Shown here piece after piece: positions 19,654 through 29,619 of a stretch of 64,000 bases of DNA. The DNA comes from Spirochaetota bacterium (lineage in GTDB: Bacteria > Spirochaetota > UBA4802 > UBA5550). A model generated the notes under the pieces. It saw nothing but the letters and a program-made list of their open reading frames with translations, did no database searches and had not been told where the DNA came from. Location of the stretch: assembly GCA_963663865.1 (NCBI GenBank), contig OY760686.1:320001-384000 (forward strand). The letters are read 5' to 3'. Each line of letters starts with the position of its first letter. The first letter of the stretch is position 1. The position numbers were made by a program, and so were the translations under genes.

Positions 19654-19995
19654 TTAACCTATAGCGATTTCGCCCTCTTCGCCTGTTCTTATCCTTATAC
19701 ATCTCGTCAGTTCAGTTATAAATATCTTACCATCACCAATATTGCCTGTTCTGGCACCTTTAATAATAGCATCGATAGTCTTCTGAACAAAATCTTCATT
19801 TACCGCTACTTCGATGCGAACTTTTTTTATCAGATTTACTTCAGTATCAACACCTCTGTAAGTCTCAATATATCCACCCTGCTGACCGCAGCCAAGAGAG
19901 TTTGTTACTGACATCTTTTTTATGTCCGCCCTGAATAAAGCCTCTTTAACATCAGTAAGCTTTTCCGGTTGTATATAAGCTGTAATAAGTTTCAT
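19654..19995 (-). CDS. glnK: P-II nitrogen regulatory protein (GlnK-type)
   Basis: [19 protein letters not shown]-loop, [22 protein letters not shown]; adjacent to amtB. Confidence 0.93.
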   Translation of the reverse strand: MKLITAYIQPEKLTDVKEALFRADIKKMSVTNSLGCGQQGGYIETYRGVDTEVNLIKKVRIEVAVNEDFVQKTIDAIIKGARTGNIGDGKIFITELTRCIRIRTGEEGEIAIG

Positions 19996-20006
19996 TATGC
20001 ACCTCC

Positions 20007-21350
20007 TTACTGAACATTAAATATCTGGAATGAAGAATAAGCTTCGCTTCCATGCTCTTCAACATCAAGGCCGCGTAATTCTTCTTCTCTGGATACTCTG
20101 AGTCCAACAGTCTTCTTAATCACCAGGAATACAATTCCCATTGTCAAAGTAGCCCACAGGAATACTGAACCTACACCAAGAGCCTGTACTCCAAGAAGTC
20201 CGAATCCGCCGTCATTGATAAGCCCTTTTACTCCCTCGCCTGCAAATTTTGGATCAGCAAAAACTCCGACAAGAATTGTTCCGACTGCGCCGCATACGCC
20301 ATGAACTGAAATTGCACCAACCGGATCATCAATCTTTAATTTGAAATCGATGAACTCAACCGACAGTACAACAATAACTCCCGATATTGCGCCAATTGCG
20401 ATAGCGCTTAGCGGCGAAACAGAAGCGCATCCGGCTGTTATTCCAACAAGTCCCGCAAGAGCTCCATTAAGTGTCATTGACACATCCGGCTTACCGGATT
20501 TAATCCAAATAGTAATCATTGCCATCACAGCTCCTGCTGCTGCTGCAAGGCTGGTATTCATGGATATAAATCCTATAGACAGGGATTCTCCAGATACCGT
20601 ACTACCCGCGTTAAAGCCGAACCATCCAAACCAGAGTATAAAAACACCAAGCGCTGCAAGCGGCAAGTTGTGTCCTGGAATAGCCTTAGGTTTACCATCA
20701 GGTCCATATTTACCCGTTCTTGGACCGAGAACCAGAGCACCTACAAGGGCCGCCCATCCTCCAACCGAGTGAACAACAGTTGAACCGGCAAAATCCACAA
20801 ACCCTTTCTCAGAAAGCCATCCGCCACCCCATATCCAGTGGCCGGATATCGGATACACTACGGCAGATATCACAAGACTATACAGCAGATAGGAAACGAA
20901 TTTTGTTCTTTCTGCCATAGCACCTGATACAATGGTTGCTGCTGTTGCAGCAAAGACTGCCTGAAAAAGCCAGTATGCGTACTGCCACAGGCCGTCCGGA
21001 TTTCCGGGATCACCAGAAGATACCATAAAATTTGACCAGCCAAAGAGGCCGTTTACGGTATCTCCATACATCAAGGCGTAACCTATAACAAAGAAAACAA
21101 GTGATCCTACTGAAAAATCCATCACATTCTTCATTATGATATTACCCGCATTCTTCGCCCTGGTAAAACCAACCTCAACCATTGCGAAACCGGCCTGCAT
21201 AAAGAAAACAAGAAATGCCGCGACCAGTGTCCAAACTACATTGATTGCCTTCACCGACGAGGCTGTTTCAGACGCTGCTTCCTGCGCAAACAGAGGAGCA
21301 GCAATTGCGATCAGCAGTCCCGCGATGATAAATCTTTTAGACGTTCTCAT
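20007..21350 (-). CDS. amtB: Ammonium transporter
   Basis: [46 protein letters not shown]; both pore histidines present. Confidence 0.97.
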   Translation of the reverse strand: MRTSKRFIIAGLLIAIAAPLFAQEAASETASSVKAINVVWTLVAAFLVFFMQAGFAMVEVGFTRAKNAGNIIMKNVMDFSVGSLVFFVIGYALMYGDTVNGLFGWSNFMVSSGDPGNPDGLWQYAYWLFQAVFAATAATIVSGAMAERTKFVSYLLYSLVISAVVYPISGHWIWGGGWLSEKGFVDFAGSTVVHSVGGWAALVGALVLGPRTGKYGPDGKPKAIPGHNLPLAALGVFILWFGWFGFNAGSTVSGESLSIGFISMNTSLAAAAGAVMAMITIWIKSGKPDVSMTLNGALAGLVGITAGCASVSPLSAIAIGAISGVIVVLSVEFIDFKLKIDDPVGAISVHGVCGAVGTILVGVFADPKFAGEGVKGLINDGGFGLLGVQALGVGSVFLWATLTMGIVFLVIKKTVGLRVSREEELRGLDVEEHGSEAYSSFQIFNVQ

Positions 21351-21389
21351 AAAACCTCCTTAAAAAAGTTACTCTTTACCTGTAGTTAA

Positions 21390-21405
21390 AGCAGGTTCCG
21401 TGCCA
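21390..21405 (-). promoter_or_regulatory. sigma54 -24/-12 promoter of amtB
   Basis: The - strand reads TGGCACGGAACCTGCT, matching TGGCACG-N4-(T/C)TGC, about 40 nt before the ATG; AGGAGG RBS at 21355-21360. Confidence 0.85.
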
Positions 21406-21574
21406 GGTTTTATAAATATGTATTTAAATATTCTTTTTATTATTGTTCAGTGAAGGATATCCTGATTTTTGACACCTTTTAACATGCACGCAACATTAAT
21501 AAGTTCAAAAAAGGAACATATAGATTCTAAAGAAGAAGTTGAAATTGAAGGAAAGATTAAAGCACCTATAATTT

Positions 21575-21631
21575 GATACATTTATGTGTCATTTGCAATA
21601 ATATAATACATATTTGTATTATATTATTGCA
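21575..21631. promoter_or_regulatory. Candidate upstream activator sequences: GATACA-TTTA-TGTGTC and a perfect 17-4-17 inverted repeat
   Basis: 21575-21590, plus TGCAATAATATAATACA-TATT-TGTATTATATTATTGCA (21594-21631); about 170-225 bp upstream of the sigma54 site. Confidence 0.6.
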
Positions 21632-21695
21632 GAGAATAATCTGACTCTTTATACTACGCATTGTGCTAAATTTAAAGTTGTTTTTGATGGTTCAA

Positions 21696-21730
21696 TAATA
21701 AAATAACCCCCTTTTTTTGAAGGAGGTTAT
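21696..21730 (-). terminator. Probable intrinsic terminator ending the dnaA-gyr transcription unit
   Basis: The - strand reads ATAACCTCCTT-CAAAAA-AAGGGGGTTAT followed by TTTATTA. Confidence 0.6.
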
Positions 21731-21768
21731 AATAAAATCATTTAGGACGCTTTTTTGTTACATTTTTG

Positions 21769-21951
21769 TCATTCTTCAATTCTGTGATCATCCGGCAACT
21801 TGTTAACAGTGGATTTCATTGCGAAAACAATGCCAAAGAATATTGACGCTATATATAATACCGCGCCATACAACAGGTTGATATCAATAAAGAAAAAATA
21901 TATACATCCGCCCAGAGAAAGAACTGAAAAAAGAAGAAGCAGTTTATCCAT
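21769..21951 (-). CDS. Small two-TM membrane protein (60 aa)
   Basis: ATG 21951 preceded by GAGGTG; two hydrophobic segments; co-oriented just after gyrA. Confidence 0.6.
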   Translation of the reverse strand: MDKLLLLFSVLSLGGCIYFFFIDINLLYGAVLYIASIFFGIVFAMKSTVNKLPDDHRIEE

Positions 21952-22000
21952 TTCACACCTCAATATTTCGGTCCGTTGAAATGAAACAACGGACAAATTC

Positions 22001-24457
22001 TCAATCAGATATTACAGCAAAATCCGATACTGAATCATCATCACCAATTCCAAGAAGCTTAATGCCGGCAGCAGTTCTTCCCTGAGTGGAAATATCGCTG
22101 CTAAGAAGCCTTATAGTCATTCCGCTTTTTGAAATAATAATTATCTCATCATCAGGAAAAACAGAGCGTATACCGGCTGATAGACCATGCTTTTCAGTTT
22201 TTACATATGTCATTCCTTTTCCGCCGCGGCCCTTATTGATAAAGTTATCGTATTTTACCTTCTTTCCATATCCGTTATCGGTAATTACGAAAAGTTCAGA
22301 ATTCTCCTTCACTACATCCATTCCGATTATACAATCACCTTCTTCTAATCGCATACCGATAATTCCGGCAGCGGAGCGTCCCATTGAGCGCATCTTCAGT
22401 AGATTTGTTCTGAGTATAAGCCCATGCCTGGAGGCAATAACTATATCATCTCCCTTCGATACGACCTTAACATCTACAAGCTCATCATCTTTCTTGAGGC
22501 TTATGGCTATTATTCCGCCTTTTCTTGTGTTGACAAACTCTGTTACATCTGTTTTCTTTAGAATACCGTTTTTAGTTACCATACAAAGATATACGTCCGT
22601 CGATGAATCATCAATTGAACATATCTCAGTTATCACTTCTCCTGATGCAAGGTTGATTATTCCTTTCATCGACTTTCCCCGGCTGGTTTTTGACGCAACC
22701 GGTACCTCGTACGCTTTCATGGCAAAAATCTTTCCTTTATTTGAAAAGAAAAATAGAGTATCGTGAGTAGAGGCAATTGTCATCATTCTGACAAAATCTT
22801 CCTTCTTGTTGCTTGCACCAATAACACCTTTTCCGCCTCTCCTCTGTTTTTTATATGTGTCAATAGGCATTCGGCGAATGAATCCGTCATTGGTCAGGGA
22901 TATTACCATATCCTCATCTGCTATTAAGTCCTCGGCGTTAAACTCAGTCGAGTCGTTGCCGCCTTCCTGTATCTGAGTTCTTCTCGAATCGTTGAATTTT
23001 TCCTTAACATCGATAAGCTCTTTTTTAATTATGTTAAGAATTTTGGTTTCGCTTTTAAGAATAGATTTATATTCCTCTATGAGCTTCAAAAGCAACTTCA
23101 GTTCATCAACAATCTTTTTTACTTCAAGGCTCGTCAGTCTCTGAAGCCTCATCTCAAGTATTGCCTTGGCCTGAATCTCAGATAAACTGAAAGTTTTTAT
23201 AAGAGTTTTAGATGCCTCGTCAGGAGTTTTCGAAGATTTTATTATTCTTATTACTTCATCAATATTATCGAGGGCGATCTTTAGCCCTTCTAAAATATGA
23301 GCCCTTTCCTCGGCTTTCTTAAGCTCATACTGTGTTCTTCTATATACTACTTCGCGCCTGTGTAATATATAGTGATTGAGTATTGATTTAATGTCGAGTA
23401 TCTTCGGAACTCCGTCTACTATAGACAGCATTATGATTCCGTAAGATGTCTGAAGCGATGTGTTTTTATAAAGCTGGTTTATAATGATACTACTGTTGGC
23501 ATCCTTTTTAAGACCAATATAAATTCTCATGCCCGTACGGTCAGACTCGTCTCTTAGCTCTGAAATTCCATCTATTACCTTGTTATTTACGAGTTCTGCG
23601 ATTCTCTGAACAAGAGTGGCTTTATTAACCTGATATGGAATTTCAGTAATTATAATACACTCACGCCCCCGCTTGGTCTCTTCAATTGTGAGGTTACCTC
23701 GGACCTTAATGCTTCCTCTTCCGGTCGTGTAGGCCTTTATAATCCCCTCAGAACCCATTATTGTAGCTCCGGTTGGGAAATCAGGGCCCTTAATATGCCG
23801 CATAAGCTGCTTAACAGTTATTTCCGGATTATCAATTAAAGCTATCGTTCCGTCGACTATCTCTCCCAGATTATGCGGCGGTATCTTTGTCGCCATGCCA
23901 ACTGCAATACCGTCCGAGCCGTTTACCAGAAGATTTGGATACGCGGCCGGAAGAACTACAGGCTCCTTCCGCGTATCATCAAAGTTAGGCGTAAAGTTAA
24001 CAGTTTCCTTGTCAATATCCCTTAATAATTCCTCAGCAAACTTATTAAGCCTTGCCTCTGTATATCGGTAAGCAGCTGCGGGGTCACCGTCAACAGAGCC
24101 AAAGTTTCCCTGGCCGTCTATGATTGGCATTCTCATTGAGAAATCCTGAGCCATCCTTACCATCGTATCATAAACAGCAGTATCTCCGTGCGGGTGGAAA
24201 TTACCAATAACCTCACCAACAATCTTCGCTGACTTAACAAAGGGCCTGTCGCTTCTCCATGCCCTCTCATTCATCGCATGAAGGATTCTTCTGTGAACTG
24301 GCTTCAAACCGTCTCTAATATCTGGAAGAGCTCTTCCTATGATTACGCTCATTGCGTAATCGAGATATGCTCCTCTCATCTGGTCTTCTATTTCAACATC
24401 GAGGACCTTTTCAAACAGGTCGCCTGATTCGTTTCCATCATTTGTTTTCTTTGGCAC
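22001..24457 (-). CDS. gyrA: DNA gyrase subunit A
   Basis: DGLKPVHRR, FHPHGDTAVY, AAAYRYTEARL (catalytic Tyr), intact GyrA box QRRGGKG. Confidence 0.98.
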   Translation of the reverse strand: MPKKTNDGNESGDLFEKVLDVEIEDQMRGAYLDYAMSVIIGRALPDIRDGLKPVHRRILHAMNERAWRSDRPFVKSAKIVGEVIGNFHPHGDTAVYDTMVRMAQDFSMRMPIIDGQGNFGSVDGDPAAAYRYTEARLNKFAEELLRDIDKETVNFTPNFDDTRKEPVVLPAAYPNLLVNGSDGIAVGMATKIPPHNLGEIVDGTIALIDNPEITVKQLMRHIKGPDFPTGATIMGSEGIIKAYTTGRGSIKVRGNLTIEETKRGRECIIITEIPYQVNKATLVQRIAELVNNKVIDGISELRDESDRTGMRIYIGLKKDANSSIIINQLYKNTSLQTSYGIIMLSIVDGVPKILDIKSILNHYILHRREVVYRRTQYELKKAEERAHILEGLKIALDNIDEVIRIIKSSKTPDEASKTLIKTFSLSEIQAKAILEMRLQRLTSLEVKKIVDELKLLLKLIEEYKSILKSETKILNIIKKELIDVKEKFNDSRRTQIQEGGNDSTEFNAEDLIADEDMVISLTNDGFIRRMPIDTYKKQRRGGKGVIGASNKKEDFVRMMTIASTHDTLFFFSNKGKIFAMKAYEVPVASKTSRGKSMKGIINLASGEVITEICSIDDSSTDVYLCMVTKNGILKKTDVTEFVNTRKGGIIAISLKKDDELVDVKVVSKGDDIVIASRHGLILRTNLLKMRSMGRSAAGIIGMRLEEGDCIIGMDVVKENSELFVITDNGYGKKVKYDNFINKGRGGKGMTYVKTEKHGLSAGIRSVFPDDEIIIISKSGMTIRLLSSDISTQGRTAAGIKLLGIGDDDSVSDFAVISD

Positions 24458-24541
24458 TTTTTTACTCCGTATGATCCTAATCTTAAATTGTTAATTTAAT
24501 TTTTGCACATAAGCTACATACATATTATAAATCATTCAGAA

Positions 24542-26458
24542 TCAAAGATCCAGATTCTGAACGTTTTTTGCGTTCTCTTCAATAAACTTTCTTCTTGGCT
24601 CAACAACATCTCCCATCAGCACTGAGAAGACATTTTCCGCTTCAATATCGTCATCTATTTTTACCTTCAGCATTGTTCTACGCGCCGGATCCATTGTTGT
24701 TTCCCAGAGTTGTTCTGGATTCATTTCTCCAAGTCCTTTATACCGCTGTATACCTATGTTTTTCCCCTTATGCTGATTAATAATTTTATCTCTCTCCGCA
24801 TCAGAATACGCATAGAAAGACTCCTTTCCCACTTTTATGCTATATAGAGGAGGTTGAGCAATGTACAGATATCCATTGTCAATAAGGCCTTTTAAGTATC
24901 TAAAGAAAAAGGTCAACATTAGAGTCCGAATATGAGCTCCATCAACATCAGCGTCAGTCATGATGACAATTTTGTGATATCTGGCTTTAGAGATATCAAA
25001 TTCCTCATCTCCAATTCCGGTCCCAAATGCTGTTATCATTGACCTGATTTCTTCATTTGAGAGCATTTTATCAAGACGAGCCTTTTCAACATTGAGTATT
25101 TTTCCTCTCAAAGGCAAAATCGCCTGAAAAGTTCTATCCCGACCCATCTTTGCTGAACCGCCGGCTGAATTTCCCTCAACAATAAACAGCTCGCACTTTT
25201 CAGGCTCACTGCTTGAGCAGTCTGCCAGTTTTCCCGGGAGTGAATTGCTTTCCAGAGCGTTCTTCCGCCTCGTAAGATCTTTGGCTTTTTTTGCAGCTAT
25301 TCTTGCCAATGCGCTCTGCATGCATTTCTCAATTATCTTTTTTGCTTCCTGAGGGTTTTCCTCCATGTAGAAACCAAGGTTCTCATTTGTTGCGGATTCA
25401 ACTATTCCTTTAACCTCGCTGTTACCGAGCTTCATCTTAGTCTGACCCTCAAACTGAGGATTGGGAATTTTAACGCTGATTACCGCAACAAGTCCTTCTC
25501 TAACATCGTCTCCTGAAAGCTGACTGATATTTTTATCCATCTTATTTTTTTTCAGCGCATCATTTATAACTCGAGTTAAGGCCGCTCTGAAACCAATCAG
25601 GTGAGTACCTCCCTCACGGGTGTTAATGTTGTTTGCGTATGTGAAAACGGTTTCAGAGTACGAATCTATATACTGCATTGCTATTTCAATTTCAATATTA
25701 TCTCGGTTTGTTCTGAAGAATATAGGCTTTTTAACAATAGCTGTTTTTGTTTCGTTGAGATGTTCAACAAAGGATATTATACCGCCTTTAAAATGAAAAA
25801 TGCTTTCGTTTTCTTTTCCGGCCTTTTTCTTGTCATCTCTTTCATCAGTCAGAATTATAGTAATTCCTGCATTTAGAAATGCCAGTTCCCTGAGTCTTTT
25901 TGCAAGTGTATCAAAATTAAACTCGGTTTCTTCAAAAATCTCTGCGTCAGGCCAGAAATGAATATTTGTTCCTGTTTTAGCAGTTTTCCCAGTCTCTTTC
26001 ATCGGAGCTACCGGAATGCCTTTTTTATAGCTTTGTGAAAAAACTTTGCCTTCCCTTAAAACCTCGACTCTCATATCGGTTGAAAGCGCATTAACAACTG
26101 AGACTCCTACTCCGTGAAGGCCTCCCGATACCTTGTAAGAGTTATTATCAAACTTTCCACCGGCGTGAAGTTTTGTTAATACAACCTCAAGTGCTGAAAC
26201 TTTATATACTGAGTGTGTTTCTGTAGGAATTCCCCGGCCATTATCCCTTACCTCTATGGAATTATCCTTATGTATAATCACTTTAATATCTGTGCAATGT
26301 CCAGCAAGGGCTTCATCTATTGAGTTATCCACAATCTCATAAACAAGATGATGGAGTCCATGTGTATCTGTTGAACCAATATACATGGCCGGTCTTTTTC
26401 TTACCGCCTCCAGGCCTTCAAGAACCTGAATATTATCTGCGTTGTATTTTTTTGTCAT
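24542..26458 (-). CDS. gyrB: DNA gyrase subunit B
   Basis: [48 protein letters not shown]. Confidence 0.98.
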   Translation of the reverse strand: MTKKYNADNIQVLEGLEAVRKRPAMYIGSTDTHGLHHLVYEIVDNSIDEALAGHCTDIKVIIHKDNSIEVRDNGRGIPTETHSVYKVSALEVVLTKLHAGGKFDNNSYKVSGGLHGVGVSVVNALSTDMRVEVLREGKVFSQSYKKGIPVAPMKETGKTAKTGTNIHFWPDAEIFEETEFNFDTLAKRLRELAFLNAGITIILTDERDDKKKAGKENESIFHFKGGIISFVEHLNETKTAIVKKPIFFRTNRDNIEIEIAMQYIDSYSETVFTYANNINTREGGTHLIGFRAALTRVINDALKKNKMDKNISQLSGDDVREGLVAVISVKIPNPQFEGQTKMKLGNSEVKGIVESATNENLGFYMEENPQEAKKIIEKCMQSALARIAAKKAKDLTRRKNALESNSLPGKLADCSSSEPEKCELFIVEGNSAGGSAKMGRDRTFQAILPLRGKILNVEKARLDKMLSNEEIRSMITAFGTGIGDEEFDISKARYHKIVIMTDADVDGAHIRTLMLTFFFRYLKGLIDNGYLYIAQPPLYSIKVGKESFYAYSDAERDKIINQHKGKNIGIQRYKGLGEMNPEQLWETTMDPARRTMLKVKIDDDIEAENVFSVLMGDVVEPRRKFIEENAKNVQNLDL

Positions 26459-26606
26459 TCTTTAGTCTCCAGATTGTATCTGATTATTATTTAGCTTTAA
26501 AAAATTAAAGACCTGCTTACATTGTAATAAAATCTTTGCTTAATGAATTATCATTTCAATTCATTACATTACATTACGGTCCCATGATTTCAATACATAA
26601 TGATAT

Positions 26607-26816
26607 TTATCTGTTATTTCTGCTAATAACAGTGAAGGGGCTGACTTTGCTGGTTATTAGAGATCCATCTCTTCGTACAACAACTGTTTTTACATTTTCC
26701 TCGATAGAATCTACGATTTCACGATTAAGCTCACTTTCACGAAGAATTTGAGCATTGAAAATACCGACTAGATTTCTATCTGAAACAATTTTTCCTTCTC
26801 CTACGTGAATGTACAT
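26607..26816 (-). CDS. DUF370/RemB-like small protein
   Basis: MYIHVGEGKIVSDRNLVGIFN...KTVVV...SKVSPFTV resembles RemB/YaaB; typical position just before gyrB. Confidence 0.7.
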   Translation of the reverse strand: MYIHVGEGKIVSDRNLVGIFNAQILRESELNREIVDSIEENVKTVVVRRDGSLITSKVSPFTVISRNNR

Positions 26817-26818
26817 TT

Positions 26819-27169
26819 TTACCCTTTGTTTTTCCTGAACGGTGAGGGGGTCTTCTTTAATTCCGTCCTTATATTTTTTACTAAACTTCCGCCTGCCAGC
26901 CTGTTAATCTCATCAATCAAACGTGATGTAGACATGTTTATTTCGTTGGAGTACACCGGGTGATCTGATTTAACAAAAAGCGTCTTTTTAAAAATTCTGT
27001 CAGGTTCAGTATGAACCGCAAGAATAGCTCCTGCAATCTCCTTCCATTTTGACTTTATTTCTTCTATCTGCATCGGCGCAGACAGACTGTATTGATCAGA
27101 TATCGCGGCAAGCAAATCAGAAAAATTGCTCATATTGCCGATTCTTTTTTCTTTAAATATGAATTTCAT
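26819..27169 (-). CDS. DUF721/DciA family helicase-loader protein
   Basis: WKEIAGAILAVHTEP...LFVKSDHPVYSNEI...LIDEIN; position after recF. Confidence 0.8.
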   Translation of the reverse strand: MKFIFKEKRIGNMSNFSDLLAAISDQYSLSAPMQIEEIKSKWKEIAGAILAVHTEPDRIFKKTLFVKSDHPVYSNEINMSTSRLIDEINRLAGGSLVKNIRTELKKTPSPFRKNKG

Positions 27170-27276
27170 TCCGGTATGAATCTTTATAATTTGAGGTATC
27201 TAATCTAATAATTAGATCATAAGGATTTTATCCTTGCGGCATTTTTTTTGTCAAGTTATTGAAACCATTAAGGTAT

Positions 27277-28386
27277 TTATTTTTGGTATGTAGTCAAATT
27301 TTCATCAATATAAAATTTTTTAACATTACTAAATACTTCCTGATCAAGTCCGCTGTCAGAAACCATTGTAAATATAACCTGATTTCCACCAGACAGAAGT
27401 CTAACCATATTATTTTTTCTCTTTTGATCAAGTTCAGAAAAGATATCGTCTACAAGTAAAACTGATTTTTCAGTGTATGTTTTTTCGATTATTTCTGATT
27501 CAGCAATTTTAAGAGATATAGATGCTGTACGTCTCTGACCTTGAGATGCATAAGAATCAAAACTAATAGCTTTGCTTTTCATTAAGAGATAGTCATCCCT
27601 TTGAGGACCAAAGCTTGTAGATGAAATAGCAATATCTTTTCTTCTCACACTCTGCAATGTCGACAATATATCACTATAATCTGAGTTATCAGCTGAATTT
27701 GCGTATTCTATAACAGGGGGGGAATCATTCTCTGAAATTGATAAATATGATTCAATAAAAACCTGATTGAATTTTTCAATAAATGCTGCTCTCTTTTTAA
27801 TTATCTTTGATGCTTTATCGGCAAACATTTGATCCCAGATATCAAGTTCATTAAAGTTTGATGAACTCTTCTCTCGTATGCTCTTGAGTAAACGATTTCT
27901 TGATATAAGTACTTTCTTGAATGAATTTAACAATTCAATATAAGGAGGATCAACCTTTGATATTACGCTGTCAAAAAATCTTCTTCTTAAATCTGGAGAA
28001 CCGTTAATAAGATTAATATCTGATGGTAGAAATACAACTGCCAAAAACTTTCCAAAAAAATCAGATGCTTTTTTTACTTCATGTCCGTCAATCTTTACTT
28101 TTTTCCGTATTTTCCCTGCTTCATTAGAACATCCTATCTCAAAAAGGCTGTTTACAGAGCCGAAGATTTCACCGGAACAAAAATATGAAGAAGCTCCCCA
28201 TCTTATCATATCACTGTCAGACGCATTTCTAAAAGACCTTAGAACCGAAAGCAAGGAAACTGCTTCAATTATATTCGTTTTTCCAGATCCGTTATTACCT
28301 AAAATGAAGTTTATTTTTGGAGAGAAATCAACGCAAAGGGATTCATAGTTTCTAAAACCCTTTGCGGTAATCCTTTTTATATACAT
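27277..28386 (-). CDS. recF: DNA replication/repair protein RecF
   Basis: GFRNY, GNNGSGKTN, GSPDLRRRFFD, GPQRDD, ASQGQRR, LLVDDIFSELD. Confidence 0.96.
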   Translation of the reverse strand: MYIKRITAKGFRNYESLCVDFSPKINFILGNNGSGKTNIIEAVSLLSVLRSFRNASDSDMIRWGASSYFCSGEIFGSVNSLFEIGCSNEAGKIRKKVKIDGHEVKKASDFFGKFLAVVFLPSDINLINGSPDLRRRFFDSVISKVDPPYIELLNSFKKVLISRNRLLKSIREKSSSNFNELDIWDQMFADKASKIIKKRAAFIEKFNQVFIESYLSISENDSPPVIEYANSADNSDYSDILSTLQSVRRKDIAISSTSFGPQRDDYLLMKSKAISFDSYASQGQRRTASISLKIAESEIIEKTYTEKSVLLVDDIFSELDQKRKNNMVRLLSGGNQVIFTMVSDSGLDQEVFSNVKKFYIDENLTTYQK

Positions 28387-28432
28387 AAATAATACTTAAC
28401 CCGTTTCTAAATCTGTCAACACTGGAATTAAA

Positions 28433-29572
28433 TTATTCAACTCCCGCAGATTTAATCTGGATCGGCATAATAACTGAGACGTAATTCACATCGTCTTCAG
28501 GCGACAGGGTAACAGGACTCATATTTCCGGTTATCCCACACTTTATAGAGAAGGAATCCATTTCTCTGAGGGCATCAACAAGAAATTGAGCATTTAAACC
28601 AAGCGTCATTTCTTCATCACTGTTTGATTCAATTTCAATCTCTTCTTCGGCATGACCAAGATCAGGTGTATTTGCCTCAATAATAAGTCTGTTTTTTGTA
28701 AAATGAAGTATAATTTTATTAGCAGGTTCCTTTGTAAAAATCATTACTCTTCTGACTGAATCAAGTAGAAGCTTTGTTTCTATTGAAGTTTCAATAATAT
28801 ATTCTTTTGGGATAACATGCCTGTAATTTGGAAACTGCCCATCAACAATTCGCGAAATAATCTCAGTTTTGCTTGTCTTAAAAAAACACTGATTGCTGTT
28901 ATACGAAAGCATGCAGTTTCCACTGCTTTCAAGCTGTTTATAAATCTCACCAACTGTTTTTATAGGAAGGATAAAACCTTCATTTTCTTCTGCTTTTCCT
29001 TTGAAATCAATTGCTCTATGAATCATGGCCAATCTTCTTGAGTCTGTAGATACTGCCGTAATTCCATTTCCTTTTTCAATTAGAATATATATACCATTAA
29101 ATACGGGTTTTATTGTATCATGTGAAGCGGCATAGATTACTTTTCTGAACATTTCCCTGAGAACAGACTGCTCAATCTCTATAGAGCCTGTTTCTTCAAA
29201 TTCAGGTATATCCGGATAATCTTCCGCGTCAGCGGCTATAAGCGAAAAATTACCTTTAATATTCTTTGCGTTCATTGACATATCAATAGTCAATTTTTCG
29301 CTTATATTAAGCTGCAGCTCTCCTGAGGGAAGCTCTTTTAGTATACTGCTTAACTTTTTACCGTTAGCTATGAATGACATGGAAGAATCTGAAACTGCAT
29401 CAACCCTTGTTCTTATTGCTATCTCATTATCAGTCGATATTATCTCTATTTCATCTCTTGCTATATTAAAAAGACAATTTGATAAAGTAGTATTAAGGTT
29501 TTTAGAAGAAATACCTGATTCAGCAATATTAACAGCTTTATAGAAATCCTCTTTATCTATTGAAAGTTTCAT
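28433..29572 (-). CDS. dnaN: DNA polymerase III beta clamp
   Basis: STDNEI, VSTDSRRLA, IVDGQFPNYRHVIP, VIMPI; follows dnaA. Confidence 0.96.
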   Translation of the reverse strand: MKLSIDKEDFYKAVNIAESGISSKNLNTTLSNCLFNIARDEIEIISTDNEIAIRTRVDAVSDSSMSFIANGKKLSSILKELPSGELQLNISEKLTIDMSMNAKNIKGNFSLIAADAEDYPDIPEFEETGSIEIEQSVLREMFRKVIYAASHDTIKPVFNGIYILIEKGNGITAVSTDSRRLAMIHRAIDFKGKAEENEGFILPIKTVGEIYKQLESSGNCMLSYNSNQCFFKTSKTEIISRIVDGQFPNYRHVIPKEYIIETSIETKLLLDSVRRVMIFTKEPANKIILHFTKNRLIIEANTPDLGHAEEEIEIESNSDEEMTLGLNAQFLVDALREMDSFSIKCGITGNMSPVTLSPEDDVNYVSVIMPIQIKSAGVE

Positions 29573-29619
29573 TTAAATAACCCGTTTATTTATTATAATT
29601 ATAGTGAAAATATTGTAGT

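Noticed and set aside
22086-22766. 226-aa + strand ORF (similarly 12586-13143, 11155-11625, 20341-20772 and other short overlapping ORFs)
   Set aside because: Antisense shadows of well-supported genes.
26325-26333. Perfect DnaA box TTATCCACA in gyrB (also 50226-50234 in ispD)
   Set aside because: Isolated and explained by the encoded V-D-N/V-D-K residues; not in clusters.
26517-26577. TTACA-T-TGTAA dyad and (CATTA)x3 upstream of gyrB
   Set aside because: Spacing differs from the ACA-N4-TGT motif and short AT-rich repeats are expected by chance.
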